Shown here in pieces: positions 8,093-16,965 of a stretch of DNA of 64,000 nt. The DNA comes from Oceanobacter mangrovi (GTDB taxonomy: Bacteria > Pseudomonadota > Gammaproteobacteria > Pseudomonadales > Oceanobacteraceae), in NCBI RefSeq assembly GCF_019740315.1, contig NZ_JAHXZR010000002.1, positions 1 through 64,000 of the forward strand. Direction: 5' to 3'. The notes beneath the pieces are model-generated. The model ran no database searches. It saw only the letters and a list, made by a program, of their open reading frames with translations, and was not told the origin of the DNA. Positions within the stretch are counted from its first letter, which is position 1, and each line of letters starts with the position of its first letter. Made by a program: the position numbers and the translations under genes.

Positions 8093-9198
8093 TTTCTGAA
8101 TCCCATAACACGCGCCAGCCAGTCGGCAAACTGGTCCGGGCTGAGGGCGTTGATGTCCATGCCCAGTTGTTGCAGCTGGCTGGTGGACTGGCTGTTGTAA
8201 AAGGGCGTCGAGTCGCTGGTCATGGCGGTCATGCCGAGCATTTTGATGCCGCTGTCGACCATTTGCGCGGCCTGGCCGAGCATGCCTTGCAGCGGGCCAC
8301 CTTCACAGAAGTCGGAGACGGTGGCGACCACGGTTCTCTGAGGGGCGCTGACCAGTTGCTCGCAGTATTGCCAGGCCTGACCGATCAGGGTGCCGCCACC
8401 GAGCTGGGTGCGCAGCATCACGCTGACCGGATCGTCGGCGTGTTCGCTGAGGTCGACCACCCGGGTATCGAACACCACCAGAGACAGTTTCACGGTGGGC
8501 AGGCGGGTCAGAATCCCGGCAATCACCGCCGAATAGATCATCGACTCGGCCATCGAACCGGATTGGTCGATGCACAGAATCACTCGCCACGGCAGGCTGG
8601 TTTGCTGGCGGGCGTTGAAGTACACCCGCTCGTAGCGCAGCCGTTCGCCGTCGAAGTTTTTCAGGTTTTTGCGAATGGTGGTTTGCCAGTCGAGGTTGGC
8701 CAGCCGTTTGACCGGACTGTGGGCTTGCCGGTTGAGACGGCCGGTCAGGCAGTGGCTAAACACCGGCATCAGCTTGCGCAGCAGCTCCTCGACCACGCCA
8801 CGGATAATCCGCTCGACCTGGTCCCTCAGGGCCGGGTTGTGGTGGGCGTTGAGTTTCATCAGCTGTTTGAGCAGGTCGACGCTGGGGGTGATCTTGTCGA
8901 GCACACCGGGCTGCTTGAGCACATCGGTAAGGCCGTAGTGATCCACCGCGTCCTGTTGCAGCTTGTCGTTGACGCTGCGCGGAAACAGCTTTTCGGCCTG
9001 TTCAAGCCATTGGATGATCTGCGGCTCGCCGCTCTCCAGACCGCCCGACAAATCAAAACCGCGTTCCACCAGACCTTGCTGATAAAGGGTTTGCAGGACC
9101 TGATCCTGACCTTGCTGTTGCGAGCTGAGGTTGGCGTTGAGGTCGTCGGCGTAGCGGCCCAGTACCAGCCGCCAGCGTTGTTTCAGTAGCTCAGCCAT
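8089..9198 (-). CDS. von Willebrand factor A (VWA) domain protein (YehP-like)
   Basis: MIDAS motif in ILCIDQSGSM. Start is probably the internal MAELLKQRW codon (about 9198), since the longest ORF overlaps the upstream gene by about 110 nt. This is the classic partner of a MoxR AAA+ ATPase. Confidence 0.75.
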   Translation of the reverse strand: MAELLKQRWRLVLGRYADDLNANLSSQQQGQDQVLQTLYQQGLVERGFDLSGGLESGEPQIIQWLEQAEKLFPRSVNDKLQQDAVDHYGLTDVLKQPGVLDKITPSVDLLKQLMKLNAHHNPALRDQVERIIRGVVEELLRKLMPVFSHCLTGRLNRQAHSPVKRLANLDWQTTIRKNLKNFDGERLRYERVYFNARQQTSLPWRVILCIDQSGSMAESMIYSAVIAGILTRLPTVKLSLVVFDTRVVDLSEHADDPVSVMLRTQLGGGTLIGQAWQYCEQLVSAPQRTVVATVSDFCEGGPLQGMLGQAAQMVDSGIKMLGMTAMTSDSTPFYNSQSTSQLQQLGMDINALSPDQFADWLARVMGFRK

Positions 9199-11483
9199 GC
9201 GTTCAGTCCTAGCTGGTCGAGGCGTTGTTGCAGTTGCTGTTCGAGCACCATGCCCTGTTCGACGTCTTGCTCGGAGAGGCCTTTTTTCAGCCATTCGAGC
9301 GGGTCGTCCCAGTCGTTGAGGGTACGCAGCTGGCGGGTAATGCCGTCGATCTCGCGGGCGTCCATGCGGCTGAACAGTTTGCGCAGGGCAGGCAGCTGCT
9401 CGGTGAAGTGGTCGTCATCCAGTTGTTCCAGCCAGTGGTTGAGCAACTCCAGCAGCCCGGACGACTGGCGCAACCAGTGTGGCACCACGGTGATGAGGGC
9501 TTCGAGGATGGCATAACGCTCACTGAAGCCCTGACTGTGAACCTGTTGCAGCAGCGCGCTGGCGTCACCGTCGGTCAGTTCCACTTCCAGCGCTTGCAGG
9601 GCAAACCACATCGGCAGCCGGTGGCGGTTGTGGCAGATCAGCCAGTGCAGGCGGTCTTGCCAGGGCTGGTGCAGTTCGTCCTCGTGCTGGCGGGCGATGC
9701 CTTGCAGGGCAACCAGCAGTTCCAGTGCTTCGTCCATATCGAGCTGGTTAAGTGCCGCCAGATGAAAGCCCAGTTGCTGCCACAGTGCCCGGTACAGCTT
9801 ATCCAGCGGCTGGTCGGCAAACAGCGGATGGCGCGACAGCTGGAAGATTTGCATAAAGCTCTGCGACAGCGTCTGGATGTCGGTGCAGTCGTGAATTTGC
9901 TGATACAGGGGTTGCTGCGGCAGATGCTGCTGCAGACCCATTTGCATGGCCTGTTGCAGCAGAGTCACGCTCTGGCCCAGGCTCTGCTGGGGCCGATTCA
10001 GCAGCTGGATGATGATGAGGCGTTCCAGCGTGCTGCCGTTACGGCCCAGTTTGGCCAGCCGTACTTCCACCGATGGCGTCCACTGATAGCTCCAGGATTC
10101 GCGTTTCTTGCTGGCGCTAAAGCTGTAGAAACTGCCTGGTCCACCTGAAGGGGAGGCAAATCCGGCTTCGACAAAGGCCAGCCGACACAGCAGCTGGCGG
10201 CGTTTGGCGGCGGATTCGTTCATATCCAGCAGATCAAAATGGCACTGGCCAGCGGGGCCGACTTTCAGGCGGCTTGCACGGACCTGTTGCAGAACTTCAT
10301 CGACCAGCGGCAGGCCGGGCAGACCTTCCGGCAGCTCGCCAATGGCATCGCCGCGCAGAATCTGTTGCCAGGGCTCCAGCGCATCGGCGGTGAATTGCTG
10401 TTTGACCAGACAGCTGGTCAGCGAGTCGAGCAGATCATTGCTGCCGGGGCGGTCGAGCTGGCGCAGCACGCACAGCTGTTGCAGGTGGTGGATAACGTTC
10501 TGGCGCTGCACCAGAGTCAGGCCGAGTTGCTTGAGCAGAAACAGTATCCATTCTTCGGCATCGCTCTGTTTCTTCTTCAGCCGGTCGGCCAGTTGCCAGC
10601 GACTGAAGGCAGGCCAGGGCATACCGGCGGCGTAGCCGGAGGCCGGATGCAGCAGCTCGTCGCTGTAGCGTACCAGCACCGCAGCCTGACGCGGGGCGGC
10701 GGCATCGGTCTGGTCCAGCGCACTGGCCGGAATCGGCGCGCTTTCGCTTGAAAAGTCGAACAGCGCCGGGGTATGGAAGCCGCCGGTCAGCACCGCGATG
10801 CGCTCAACCTGCTGGCGGGCGTCGCGAATATGAGCGCGCATGCACTGTTCGCGGGGCAGGTCACCAAGCTGTTGCAGGGACTCGTCATCGTGACAGGCAC
10901 GGCTGGCGGCGCAGTACAGCATGACCTGCAAAAAGAAGTCGTCGGCGCTGGCAAAGTCGCGGCATTCAAACAGCCGTTGCCAGACTTCGTCCTGCGAGCG
11001 GCAGCCCAGTTTCTGTTGCAGCTGGCGGGTGTATTCGGAGCCGAGCAGCCGGCTGTCGCTCCAGCGATTGCCGCCTTCATCACTGTCGCCCTCGTTGCTG
11101 TCTACCTCGTTACTGTTATTGGGGGCGCGGTCTGGCTGGTCGAGGTCGATAAACCAGACCGGCACCTGATGAGCGGCGGCCCAGCGAATGGCCTGCCACT
11201 CCGGGCTGTTTTCGGCCATCGGGTAGTAGCTCTGGTGCTGATACAGCGCCAGTGGTGGCCGCACCTCGTCGCCTTGCAGCAAGGGCAGCTGGTCGACAAA
11301 GGCCATCGGCGCTTCGATCAGTACCATTTGCGGTTGCTGGCGGTCGAGCTGCTCGATGGTCATGGCGGCACAGGCCGGGCTGTGATGGCGTACCGGCAGC
11401 CAGCTCAGGCCGTCGTCACGCAAAAACGCTGCCCGGCAGTCGACCAGGTACTGGCCAATATCCGGTTCGGCTATTTCATCCAC
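9183..11483 (-). CDS. Large conserved hypothetical protein (YehM-like, DUF5682-type)
   Basis: 766 aa. Sits between the AAA+ and VWA genes with start/stop overlaps on both sides. Size and position match E. coli YehM. Contains an acidic low-complexity insert (NSNEVDSNEGDSDEGG). Confidence 0.55.
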   Translation of the reverse strand: MDEIAEPDIGQYLVDCRAAFLRDDGLSWLPVRHHSPACAAMTIEQLDRQQPQMVLIEAPMAFVDQLPLLQGDEVRPPLALYQHQSYYPMAENSPEWQAIRWAAAHQVPVWFIDLDQPDRAPNNSNEVDSNEGDSDEGGNRWSDSRLLGSEYTRQLQQKLGCRSQDEVWQRLFECRDFASADDFFLQVMLYCAASRACHDDESLQQLGDLPREQCMRAHIRDARQQVERIAVLTGGFHTPALFDFSSESAPIPASALDQTDAAAPRQAAVLVRYSDELLHPASGYAAGMPWPAFSRWQLADRLKKKQSDAEEWILFLLKQLGLTLVQRQNVIHHLQQLCVLRQLDRPGSNDLLDSLTSCLVKQQFTADALEPWQQILRGDAIGELPEGLPGLPLVDEVLQQVRASRLKVGPAGQCHFDLLDMNESAAKRRQLLCRLAFVEAGFASPSGGPGSFYSFSASKKRESWSYQWTPSVEVRLAKLGRNGSTLERLIIIQLLNRPQQSLGQSVTLLQQAMQMGLQQHLPQQPLYQQIHDCTDIQTLSQSFMQIFQLSRHPLFADQPLDKLYRALWQQLGFHLAALNQLDMDEALELLVALQGIARQHEDELHQPWQDRLHWLICHNRHRLPMWFALQALEVELTDGDASALLQQVHSQGFSERYAILEALITVVPHWLRQSSGLLELLNHWLEQLDDDHFTEQLPALRKLFSRMDAREIDGITRQLRTLNDWDDPLEWLKKGLSEQDVEQGMVLEQQLQQRLDQLGLNAWLSY

Positions 11484-12523
11484 AGTGCTTTACCTGCCGT
11501 GAAGAATTCTTTCCAGCTGGAACGCTCACGCACCACCACATCCAGATAGTGGGCCAGCTTCTTGATGTCGTCCGGTTTGTCCTTGATCAGGGTGCCGTGC
11601 ATTTGCTGGACCAGCTGGGCGGTGTTCATCGGCTGCTGCCAGTACAGGCTGTGGAGGGCGCAGGCATGGACGATGTTCACTGCTTCGGCAGTGGACAGCG
11701 TGGCTTCCAGCGCTTGTGGGCCGGTACTGTGGCGCAGCTCGTGGAACACCTGCACCAGCAGTTCGACCAGATCGGCGTCGAGCGGGTGTTCTGTGCCACT
11801 GTCGGCCAGCCGCTGCTGCACCTGGCTCATGATCAGGGTTTTCTCCATGGCTGCATCGTTAATCACCGGCACGGTTTCGAAATTGAAGCGGCGCTTGAGG
11901 GCGCTGGACATGTCGTTAACACCACGGTCGAGCAGGTTGGCGGTGGCGATGACGTTAAAGCCGGGTTTGGCCTGAATCGCAATGCCCAGTTCGGGAATGG
12001 TGAGGGTTTTCTCCGACATCACTGAAATCAGTACGTCCTGGATTTCCTGCGGACAGCGGGTGATTTCTTCCAGGCGCACCAGCTTGCCCTGTTCCATGGC
12101 CTCGTACACCGGGCTTTTCAGTAAGGCTTCCAGGCTCGGCCCGCCGGACAGTAGCAGGGCGAAGTTCCAGCTGTATTTGATCTGTTCTTCAGTGGTACCG
12201 GCGGTGCCCTGAATCAGCAATTCGCTATGGCCGCTAATGGCAGCGGTCAGCAGTTCCGACAGCATGGATTTGGCGGTGCCTGGTTCACCGACCAGCATCA
12301 AACCGTTGTTGCCCATCAGGCTGACAATAGCGCGCTCAACCAGCGCGTCGTCACCATAGTATTTGCGACTGATGCCATGCACGGCATCGCCGCAGATAAA
12401 GCGGCGCACCGCAGCGGCTGACAGCGCCCAGCCCGGCGGCCGCGGGCTGCTGTCGTGTTCGCGGAGGGTGTCCAGTTCCTGTTGGTAGCGCTGTTCGGCG
12501 CGTTCTCGAATGACGTTTACCAC
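11471..12523 (-). CDS. MoxR-family AAA+ ATPase (YehL-like, AAA_5)
   Basis: Walker A GEPGTAKS, Walker B and sensor region, 350 aa. Start overlaps the stop of the upstream giant gene (12517-12523). Confidence 0.85.
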   Translation of the reverse strand: MVNVIRERAEQRYQQELDTLREHDSSPRPPGWALSAAAVRRFICGDAVHGISRKYYGDDALVERAIVSLMGNNGLMLVGEPGTAKSMLSELLTAAISGHSELLIQGTAGTTEEQIKYSWNFALLLSGGPSLEALLKSPVYEAMEQGKLVRLEEITRCPQEIQDVLISVMSEKTLTIPELGIAIQAKPGFNVIATANLLDRGVNDMSSALKRRFNFETVPVINDAAMEKTLIMSQVQQRLADSGTEHPLDADLVELLVQVFHELRHSTGPQALEATLSTAEAVNIVHACALHSLYWQQPMNTAQLVQQMHGTLIKDKPDDIKKLAHYLDVVVRERSSWKEFFTAGKALWMK

Positions 12524-15500
12524 GGCAGTTTTTTCTCCCAGTCCGGATCAGCAGTGGCTTTGGCGGCCACCGCTTCGTAGTCGAGTGCAATGGCATTGAG
12601 CAGGTTGGCGGGCAGCTCGGCCAGCGGGATGTAATCATCTTCCTGGTGCCAGTAACTGCGGTTCGACAGTTTTACCACCTGCATGCTGTAGATGGCGGCG
12701 CTGACTTGCTCTTCCGGCAGGCAGTTACCACTAAAGGTAAAAATCACCTTGAGGCCAAAGCGGTCGAAGGTTTTGGTGTACTCGCCGAACCAGCCAGCGT
12801 CTTCAGCCTGGCCGCGCTCGTAACCGGCTTTGGTCATTACGCCGCGCACGGTAAAGGCATCGGTCAGATAGCCATGGTAATGATCGATTTTACGCTGGCC
12901 CTGCTTGAAGGCGATTTGCGCTGATCTGAGCTGATCGAACAGCGGTGTGACCTTGTAGTCCTTGAGGTGCTGTTGCCAGGCCTTGATGTCTGCCATATCG
13001 GCTTCAGCCAGTGCTACGGCGCTGAGCAGTCGGATGCGGCTGTTGTAAGGGATGCTGACTTCGTCGTCATCGAGGTTGATGAATTCGTCCTCTTCGGTGG
13101 GGCGGAAGCTGACCCATTCGCCGTCGATCTCTACTTGCCACAGCAAACGTTGTAACAGACGGTTCATCACCGGGTGCTGATGCAGGTATTGCAGCCAGTC
13201 GCCGCTGTGCCATTCGCGGTCGGTGATCATGGCGTCGTACAGTCGGGCCTGTTGTTGCTCGACCACTTGCTTGAGTTCTTTCTTGCTGTTGCTGAACCAC
13301 TTTTTGGTGTCGCTGATGGCTTCCTTGTCGTCGTCCTGACGAGGCTGTGGCAGGGCTTTGATGAGCTTGCCATCAGTGCTGAGTAGTTGCAGTTTCAAGC
13401 TGTCGTCGAGCTGGATGCTGAGGGTGCGACTGCCGTATTCAAATTCGGTCGGGCCGTGCAGCTGTTCCAGACCGGCGGTCTGAATCGTGCGGTCGGCCAG
13501 CTCGTCAGCACTCCAGTCATTGCGGGTCGCGATATTGTCGATCAGTTGACGAGCCAGACTCTGTACTGAGGCGGTGCGGTAGCGGCGGGCAATACCGAGC
13601 ACAAACTGGATCATGACAGGGTCATCACTGTCGCCCACCGCCGCCAGCATGGCTTCGATTTGTGAGCGGCGCTTGTAATGCTCTTTCATGAATGGCCGAA
13701 TCAGCCCCAGCAGTTGCTGGCTGTCACCGCGTTTGGTCAGTGCCAGCAGGCCTTTTTCCTTGATGGCTGAACCGAACAACTGCACCTTGCGATTGCGATA
13801 CAGCTCGCGGTAGGCGTCGTCGGTGGTTTTGTTGGCATACTCGGCTCCCCAGCTGGATTTGGCCCATTGCTGATAGCGGCTGTAAAGCGCAGATTTGCCT
13901 TGCTCGGCGTGTTCGTGAGCCTCTTCATCGGTTGGGCAGCGGGTGTCCTGGTCGATAAAGCTGGATAGCAGGAAGTGTGCGAGGCGCTGATTACTGTTGT
14001 TGTCAAGCAAGGTCAGATAGCTGTCCAGCAGCGCGTTACCTTCCGGTTGTTTGAGTTTGACCGCCAGTACTATCCACCAGAACAACAGCGGTTCCGGTAC
14101 CGCGCTGCCGTCGCTAAAGGTCACTGCCGGCAGTTGCTCGCGCGGGAACCAGTCCATCGATTTTGGTGGTGCCTTGCGCAGACCGGCATTGGCTTCTTTT
14201 TCCAGCAGCTTCAGAGTCAGAAACTCGCTGATGTCATAACCACTGCGTTGCAGGGCATCGATGATCAGTGCTTGGGTCGGTGCGTCTTTTTCTTTTTGCA
14301 AGGCTTGCAGCAAGGCTGGTTGTGATTCCTCAAGGCCGAGGCGGCCAAGCCACTGGATGATGTCTGCACGCAGGGCTTTTTCACGACTTGCAAGCATTTC
14401 TAACACTCGTGAGAGGTCGATGCCGAGAGCCTCAACGGTACGGAACGCTTGCTGGCGTACATAACGGGATTCATGCAGGCAAAGGTCATAGAGGGCGTTA
14501 CTCCAGCGGGCTGGCAGCTGTGGAAAATACTGCAGCAAGCGCAGGCTGCTCATGATGATGTCGTTGCTGTCCAGATGGCCTGTAGCGGTATATTGGCCTT
14601 TGAGGCCATCATCAATCAGCGATTCATGCTCTGCCAGATACGGCCATATTTTCAGCTCGAGCAAGTATTCCGGTATGTCGCCATTGCTGGCAAATAACAG
14701 TGTTTCGATGGATTGCGATTCAACGACTTCTTCGGCGGCAATGGCCATCAGTTGGCGAAAGTCGCTCAGTTCATTCACCAGTCGGGCAAAGTACGGCTGA
14801 TGGCGTAAAAATCCCCAGGAGAGAGTGTGTGTGCCCAGAAAACGAAACAGGTGGCGGAGGTTGGTATCCGGTTGCTGGATAAGATTGGCGTTTCTGAAGA
14901 TGGTGTCCAGTTGCGGGTTGGCTGGCCGAGCTTCTGCATTGGCCAGACAGTCAATCACCTGTTGCAGGTCGGCATCGGTAATTGAACGCAGTTTGACCAG
15001 TGACTGTTTGGCCTTTTCAAGATATTGGACTTCGTATGGACGAGGGCTCTCAGACTGCTCGAGATAACGCTGCTGGTTTTCAATACTGGATTCGGTGTAA
15101 CGAATGCGCTGCTGGCGGGACTGCTGCAGCAGTCCGAACCAGTGGGCCGGAATCTCCTTGCTGATTTCAATCGGGCTGGCCGCAGGAATCTGCCATTCAA
15201 ACGGCGTGTCATCATCGGGCTGCTGGTGATTGGCCAACCGCTGCAGGGCTTCCAGTGCTTTGGGAGCAGTTTCTGTTTCAAGCCATTGTTCTAACAGTGG
15301 TTTGCAATCCGGGTGTTCTGCGGCGGCGGCGACCCAGTGTAGCCGGGTGGATGCTTTGGCTTTGGGATATTGTTGTTGCAGGTACTCGACCAGCGGTTGC
15401 CCCGGTAGTCGGTGGATTTCCAGTAGGGTGGCCTGACGCACACCTTTGGCGCTGTCGGCCGCCAGTTTTAGCAAGGGCTCAATAAATGCTTCGGAATTGG

Positions 15501-16176
15501 TGGTCTGGTCAGTTTGCAGTTGTTTGCCTAACAGGCGTGCCAGTGTGGCACGGGCACTGACGTGCAGATCTTGCAGCGCTTGCAGCCAGTCCGGGTCGCA
15601 GGCAAGGGTCAGCCAGTCGGTGGTGTTTTGAAGACGCTGATGTAATTTGCAGTAATTTAAATAGTAGCTGTAGGTATTTTCCAGCAGCCAGGTATCCAGC
15701 AACATCGGGTCTTGCTGGTATTCCTGCAGGGTAGACACCAGTACCTCACGGTCGATGGCATCGTAATGGCCCGCCAACAGAGCCAGCATTTTGAGAGCCC
15801 AGCCATCCGGGCGGTTGTTCATATGACGGGAGTAACGATAGTCGTAGTACCTACCTGCGTGCATTACCCGCCCCAAACGCACCCATATAGCTGGTTGAGC
15901 TCCGCTTTCGGAGGCGAGAAATTCTTTCAGGGCTTGCTCGACCTTGCTGTGCTGTTTGGTCAACTCATCCGGGAAACCGCCACGACTGCTGCCGGGGTAG
16001 AGGGATTGATTATGGCTGGCCAGATCATCCAAAGCCGTTGCCGGTGAGCCGGTCAGAATGTAGCTGGCAATGGCCTGGCCAAGTCCGGTGTGAAAATACT
16101 CGATGGCGGTGCAGGCAGTGTTGAGCAGGGTAATACTTTCTTGTTGGCTGGGCGCTGGAGTCAGGGTAGCTGACAT
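12517..16176 (-). CDS. Giant DUF4132-family protein (YehI/MolR-like), first gene of the cluster
   Basis: About 1219 aa from the internal start MSATLTPAP (16174-16176). That start has an AAGGAT RBS. The longest ORF (to 16392) would run through the REP-like element. Size and position match E. coli YehI (1210 aa). Confidence 0.6.
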   Translation of the reverse strand: MSATLTPAPSQQESITLLNTACTAIEYFHTGLGQAIASYILTGSPATALDDLASHNQSLYPGSSRGGFPDELTKQHSKVEQALKEFLASESGAQPAIWVRLGRVMHAGRYYDYRYSRHMNNRPDGWALKMLALLAGHYDAIDREVLVSTLQEYQQDPMLLDTWLLENTYSYYLNYCKLHQRLQNTTDWLTLACDPDWLQALQDLHVSARATLARLLGKQLQTDQTTNSEAFIEPLLKLAADSAKGVRQATLLEIHRLPGQPLVEYLQQQYPKAKASTRLHWVAAAAEHPDCKPLLEQWLETETAPKALEALQRLANHQQPDDDTPFEWQIPAASPIEISKEIPAHWFGLLQQSRQQRIRYTESSIENQQRYLEQSESPRPYEVQYLEKAKQSLVKLRSITDADLQQVIDCLANAEARPANPQLDTIFRNANLIQQPDTNLRHLFRFLGTHTLSWGFLRHQPYFARLVNELSDFRQLMAIAAEEVVESQSIETLLFASNGDIPEYLLELKIWPYLAEHESLIDDGLKGQYTATGHLDSNDIIMSSLRLLQYFPQLPARWSNALYDLCLHESRYVRQQAFRTVEALGIDLSRVLEMLASREKALRADIIQWLGRLGLEESQPALLQALQKEKDAPTQALIIDALQRSGYDISEFLTLKLLEKEANAGLRKAPPKSMDWFPREQLPAVTFSDGSAVPEPLLFWWIVLAVKLKQPEGNALLDSYLTLLDNNSNQRLAHFLLSSFIDQDTRCPTDEEAHEHAEQGKSALYSRYQQWAKSSWGAEYANKTTDDAYRELYRNRKVQLFGSAIKEKGLLALTKRGDSQQLLGLIRPFMKEHYKRRSQIEAMLAAVGDSDDPVMIQFVLGIARRYRTASVQSLARQLIDNIATRNDWSADELADRTIQTAGLEQLHGPTEFEYGSRTLSIQLDDSLKLQLLSTDGKLIKALPQPRQDDDKEAISDTKKWFSNSKKELKQVVEQQQARLYDAMITDREWHSGDWLQYLHQHPVMNRLLQRLLWQVEIDGEWVSFRPTEEDEFINLDDDEVSIPYNSRIRLLSAVALAEADMADIKAWQQHLKDYKVTPLFDQLRSAQIAFKQGQRKIDHYHGYLTDAFTVRGVMTKAGYERGQAEDAGWFGEYTKTFDRFGLKVIFTFSGNCLPEEQVSAAIYSMQVVKLSNRSYWHQEDDYIPLAELPANLLNAIALDYEAVAAKATADPDWEKKLPW

Positions 16177-16247
16177 GATGAATCCTTGAACGATGAAAAT
16201 GGCAAGGTGGCGACTGTGATCAGTGGCTGTTGATGAAGAACCTAGGC

Positions 16248-16334
16248 TGCTGTCCCGACATATCATGCCCCTACGCAAGACGTGTAAATTCGCTTGCGTA
16301 GGGGAAAGGCATACCTTGTCGGTAGCCTTGCCAG
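16248..16334. repeat. REP-like triple-hairpin intergenic element, copy A (inverted relative to copies B and C)
   Basis: The reverse complement aligns with copy B: CTGGCAAGGC...CCCCTACGCAAG-loop-CTTGCGTAGGGG...GTCCCGACATaTC. Intergenic, between the Coq4-like stop and the yehI-like start. Confidence 0.6.
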
Positions 16335-16342
16335 ACGCTGGC

Positions 16343-16960
16343 TTACAAGGTCCGTTGGCTGGCCTTGTCGGCTGGGTAACGACGGCGTTCAATCTGGTAG
16401 TAGGCCTTTAACAGTTCGACCTCAACACCAATTTCCTGTCGCACCTGTTTGATTGGCATATCCATATACGGCTCGTAATCTACTTCCGCCAGTGGCGTGC
16501 AGTCCGATACAAAGCCAAGTCGCACGGCATCCTTGAAGACGTGAATGTCTTCGTCATTGAACTTGTACGGGCCGGGGTACAGATACTTGGCGGCCAGTGT
16601 AAAGAGTCGTTCTTCGGTGGTGGTCACCCGATTGGAGCTGCCCATGGTGAAGCCAATCACAAAGGCTTCGTCCTTCGGCAGCATGCCGCGACCCAGTATG
16701 GCGTGAATACAGTCGTGGGCTTCCAGGCCGACCGCACCGTTAAACAGGTTGATGCCGGGAATATCAAATTTGGGGTTCTCAACCAGCTGAACGATCAATG
16801 GGATGTCTTGCTGGCCTGCCTGAAGATGCAGGGCAGTGGCCAGAATTTCGCGTAAGGTCAGCTGTTCTTCGGCAACCGGTACAATCCAGTCGCGCCAGCT
16901 TTCAACGTGATAGGGCTTGGTTTCCATCCATTTTTCCTCGTTGGGTGTCCGTTGTCTCAA
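16343..16960 (-). CDS. Coq4-family protein (ubiquinone biosynthesis Coq4-like, zinc-binding HDxxH-x11-E motif)
   Basis: HDCIHAILGRGMLPKDE matches the Coq4 HDxxH-(x)11-E signature exactly. About 200 aa. It lies 6 nt downstream of TelA on the same strand. Confidence 0.5.
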   Translation of the reverse strand: MRQRTPNEEKWMETKPYHVESWRDWIVPVAEEQLTLREILATALHLQAGQQDIPLIVQLVENPKFDIPGINLFNGAVGLEAHDCIHAILGRGMLPKDEAFVIGFTMGSSNRVTTTEERLFTLAAKYLYPGPYKFNDEDIHVFKDAVRLGFVSDCTPLAEVDYEPYMDMPIKQVRQEIGVEVELLKAYYQIERRRYPADKASQRTL

Positions 16961-16965
16961 TTGGC

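Noticed and set aside
8167-9189. 340-aa + strand ORF, one of many long antisense ORFs (also 3512-4381 -, 9225-10148 +, 10773-11549 +, 11252-12025 +, 28534-29487 -, 53395-54021 +, 54250-55242 + and others)
   Set aside because: They lie entirely inside well-supported genes on the opposite strand. They have Ala/Arg/Gly-rich, low-complexity translations typical of shadow ORFs in roughly 60% GC DNA, and they lack RBS or start context.
12517-16392. Using the full 1291-codon ORF as the yehI-like gene
   Set aside because: The 5' 72 codons run through the REP-like element and into the Coq4-like gene terminus. The internal ATG at 16174-16176 has an RBS and gives an E. coli YehI-like length.
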